The translations under genes were made by a program, and so were the position numbers. Of a stretch of 64,000 nt of DNA, positions 62,162 through 64,000 are shown piece by piece (positions within the stretch are counted from its first letter, which is position 1; the number at the start of each line of letters is the position of its first letter). Source of the stretch: Chiloscyllium plagiosum (lineage: Eukaryota); NCBI RefSeq assembly GCF_004010195.1, contig NC_057718.1, positions 463,568 through 527,567 on the forward strand, given 5' to 3'. The notes under the pieces are model-generated. The model was not told the DNA's origin. It saw nothing but the letters and a program-made list of their open reading frames with translations, and did not search any database.

Positions 62162-62756
62162 GTACATATTGCACATATTGCTTATCCCTAATTGAGAAAC
62201 TGACTGTAGCATTGAGCCGCAGTCCATAGTTCCACAGACTCAGCTGTTTGGAACTGGGTTCTCAGGTGTATACCAATTGACAGGTGTATGGAAGCAGGTC
62301 AAGATCGTATGTGAATTGTAAGCCACTTTGCAGGGATTGATTTTATGATGCATACACGGAGAGGCTGAATTGGCTGGGGCTTTTTCTCCTTTGAGTGTTG
62401 GAGGCTGAGGGCTAATCTTACAGAGGTTTATAAAATCATGATAGGGTGAATCGCCAAGGCCTTTTTCCTCGGGTGGGTGTGCGGTTCAGCAGAAACACAC
62501 AGGCCAGGAAAGAACAAAAAGGGGGTGAATTTATTCAATTCTGATCATTAGGATCAGAATCAAAGTTTCCAGTGGCAATACTAATGATAAAAAGGGAACT
62601 AAAGTGAGCAGGTAGGTATGACTGTTTAACACAGAAATAGCCCTCGAGCGCACAGCAGGAGGTAACCACAGAGTGTTTACATTTGGTCTAAACCGAATTG
62701 TCTTAAACTGAACAGGCAATTCTCAAGTACCTGTCTGAATGGGTCAGTTTCAAGTA

Positions 62757-63185
62757 CTAGAGGCTGAATAGGCTGGGGCTGCTTTCCCTGGAGCGTCGGA
62801 GGCTGAGGAGTGACCTTAGAGAGGTTTACAAAATTATGAGGGGCCTGGATAGGATAAATAGGCAAAGTCTTTTCCCTGGGGTGGGGGAGTCCAGAACTAG
62901 AGGGTATAGGTTTAGGGTGAGAGGGGAAAGATATAAAAGAGACTTAAGGGGCAAATCTTTCACACATGGTGGTACGTGTATGGAGTGAGCTGCCAGAGGA
63001 TGTGGTGGAGGTTGGTACAATTGAAACGTTTAAAAGGCATTTGGATGGGTATATGAATAGGAAGGGGTTTGGAGGGATAAGGGCCGGGTGCTGGCAGGTG
63101 GGATTAGATTGGGTTGGGATATCTGGTCGGCATGGACGGGTTGGACTGAAGGGTCTGTTTCCATGCTGTACGTCTCTATGACTAT
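62757..63185 (+). mobile_element. CR1 3' end
   Basis: VWSELPEDVVEVGTIETFKRHLDGYM; tail tctctatgact. Confidence 0.85.
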
Positions 63186-63343
63186 ATGGCTAATAATGGA
63201 ATAGTGGAGGTTAGATAGACTTCAGGTTGGTTCCACAAGTGGGTTGTGCTTTGGCGGGTCGGTGTGGACTTGTTGGGCTGAAGGGCCTGTTTCCACACTG
63301 AGTAATCTAATCTAATCAAAATAGAGTTTGAGGAGGAAATAAA

Positions 63344-64000
63344 TCACTGCACCCCTTGCAGTGCCGGGCTATGCTGAACTGAACAGCTCCTTCTCATAAA
63401 GGCTGGAACTGAAGTTTTATCTTTAATCTGTAAAAGTTTTCCAGTATAGGTTCTCAGTCTAGCTGAGGTTTTGCACAAACTTAAGGGTTGGAATGCAGAT
63501 TGAATCTTGTTCAAGCGTGGTTCTGTGATCACTGATACAGCCGCACCAGTATCAAGCTCCATTAGAACCTGGTCACCATTTAACCAGATGTTATTTTGGT
63601 TGGTTCTGATATGGATGTTGCTGAGTAATGTAACTGCTCCAAACCAGCTGTAGGTGGCCTTTCCAGGTGTGCACTATCCTAGATACCAGCCTACAGGTTC
63701 CCTGATTCAGTCCAAGTCTGGTCAGACTCCTTTACTGTCTTGAGTCCACATAGCGCTGCACCTACAATGCCATGACGGGCAGGATCCTGAAGAAAACGTT
63801 AACCATTTGGTTGAGACTTGGCTTTGTTTTGGTGTTTTGCTATTGGCTGACATGGAGTCCCTCTGTTCAGGATATGTCCAGAGTGAGGCTGGGCAATTGC
63901 TTTTGTTCAAGTGATGTCCCCCAAGGTCAGTCAGCCTGAGGAGGGTGTCCCCTTCCATCAGTGTACCCTGTAATTCATATGCTCCACTTGCTGCCTTTTC
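63344..64000 (-). mobile_element. Gypsy gag/aspartic protease remnant
   Basis: MELDTGAAVSVI (DTG protease motif)...LRTYTG. Confidence 0.75.

Overview
Eukaryotic genomic DNA, probably from a cartilaginous fish (shark), inferred from HE1-like SINEs and the abundant CR1 and Penelope repeats. Two spliced genes lie head to head. GPN1 is on the minus strand with 12 coding exons visible (33940 down to 666); its 3' end lies outside the window, and intron 3 has a U12-type signature. NEIL2 is on the plus strand with a complete CDS in 4 exons (36347-48257, 322 aa). A possible exon of a third, unidentified gene lies at 61979-62161. The rest is mostly CR1 LINEs, tRNA-derived SINEs, Gypsy fragments and solo LTRs, a Rex/Babar-like fragment, four tandem arrays and three N gaps. 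The most notable unannotated signal is about 15 short Penelope-derived inserts from at least three families. Many carry minimal hammerhead-ribozyme cores (CTGAnGA...GAAA), inverted-repeat structure and 10-16 bp target-site duplications (TSDs). All calls were made by eye; repeat boundaries are approximate.
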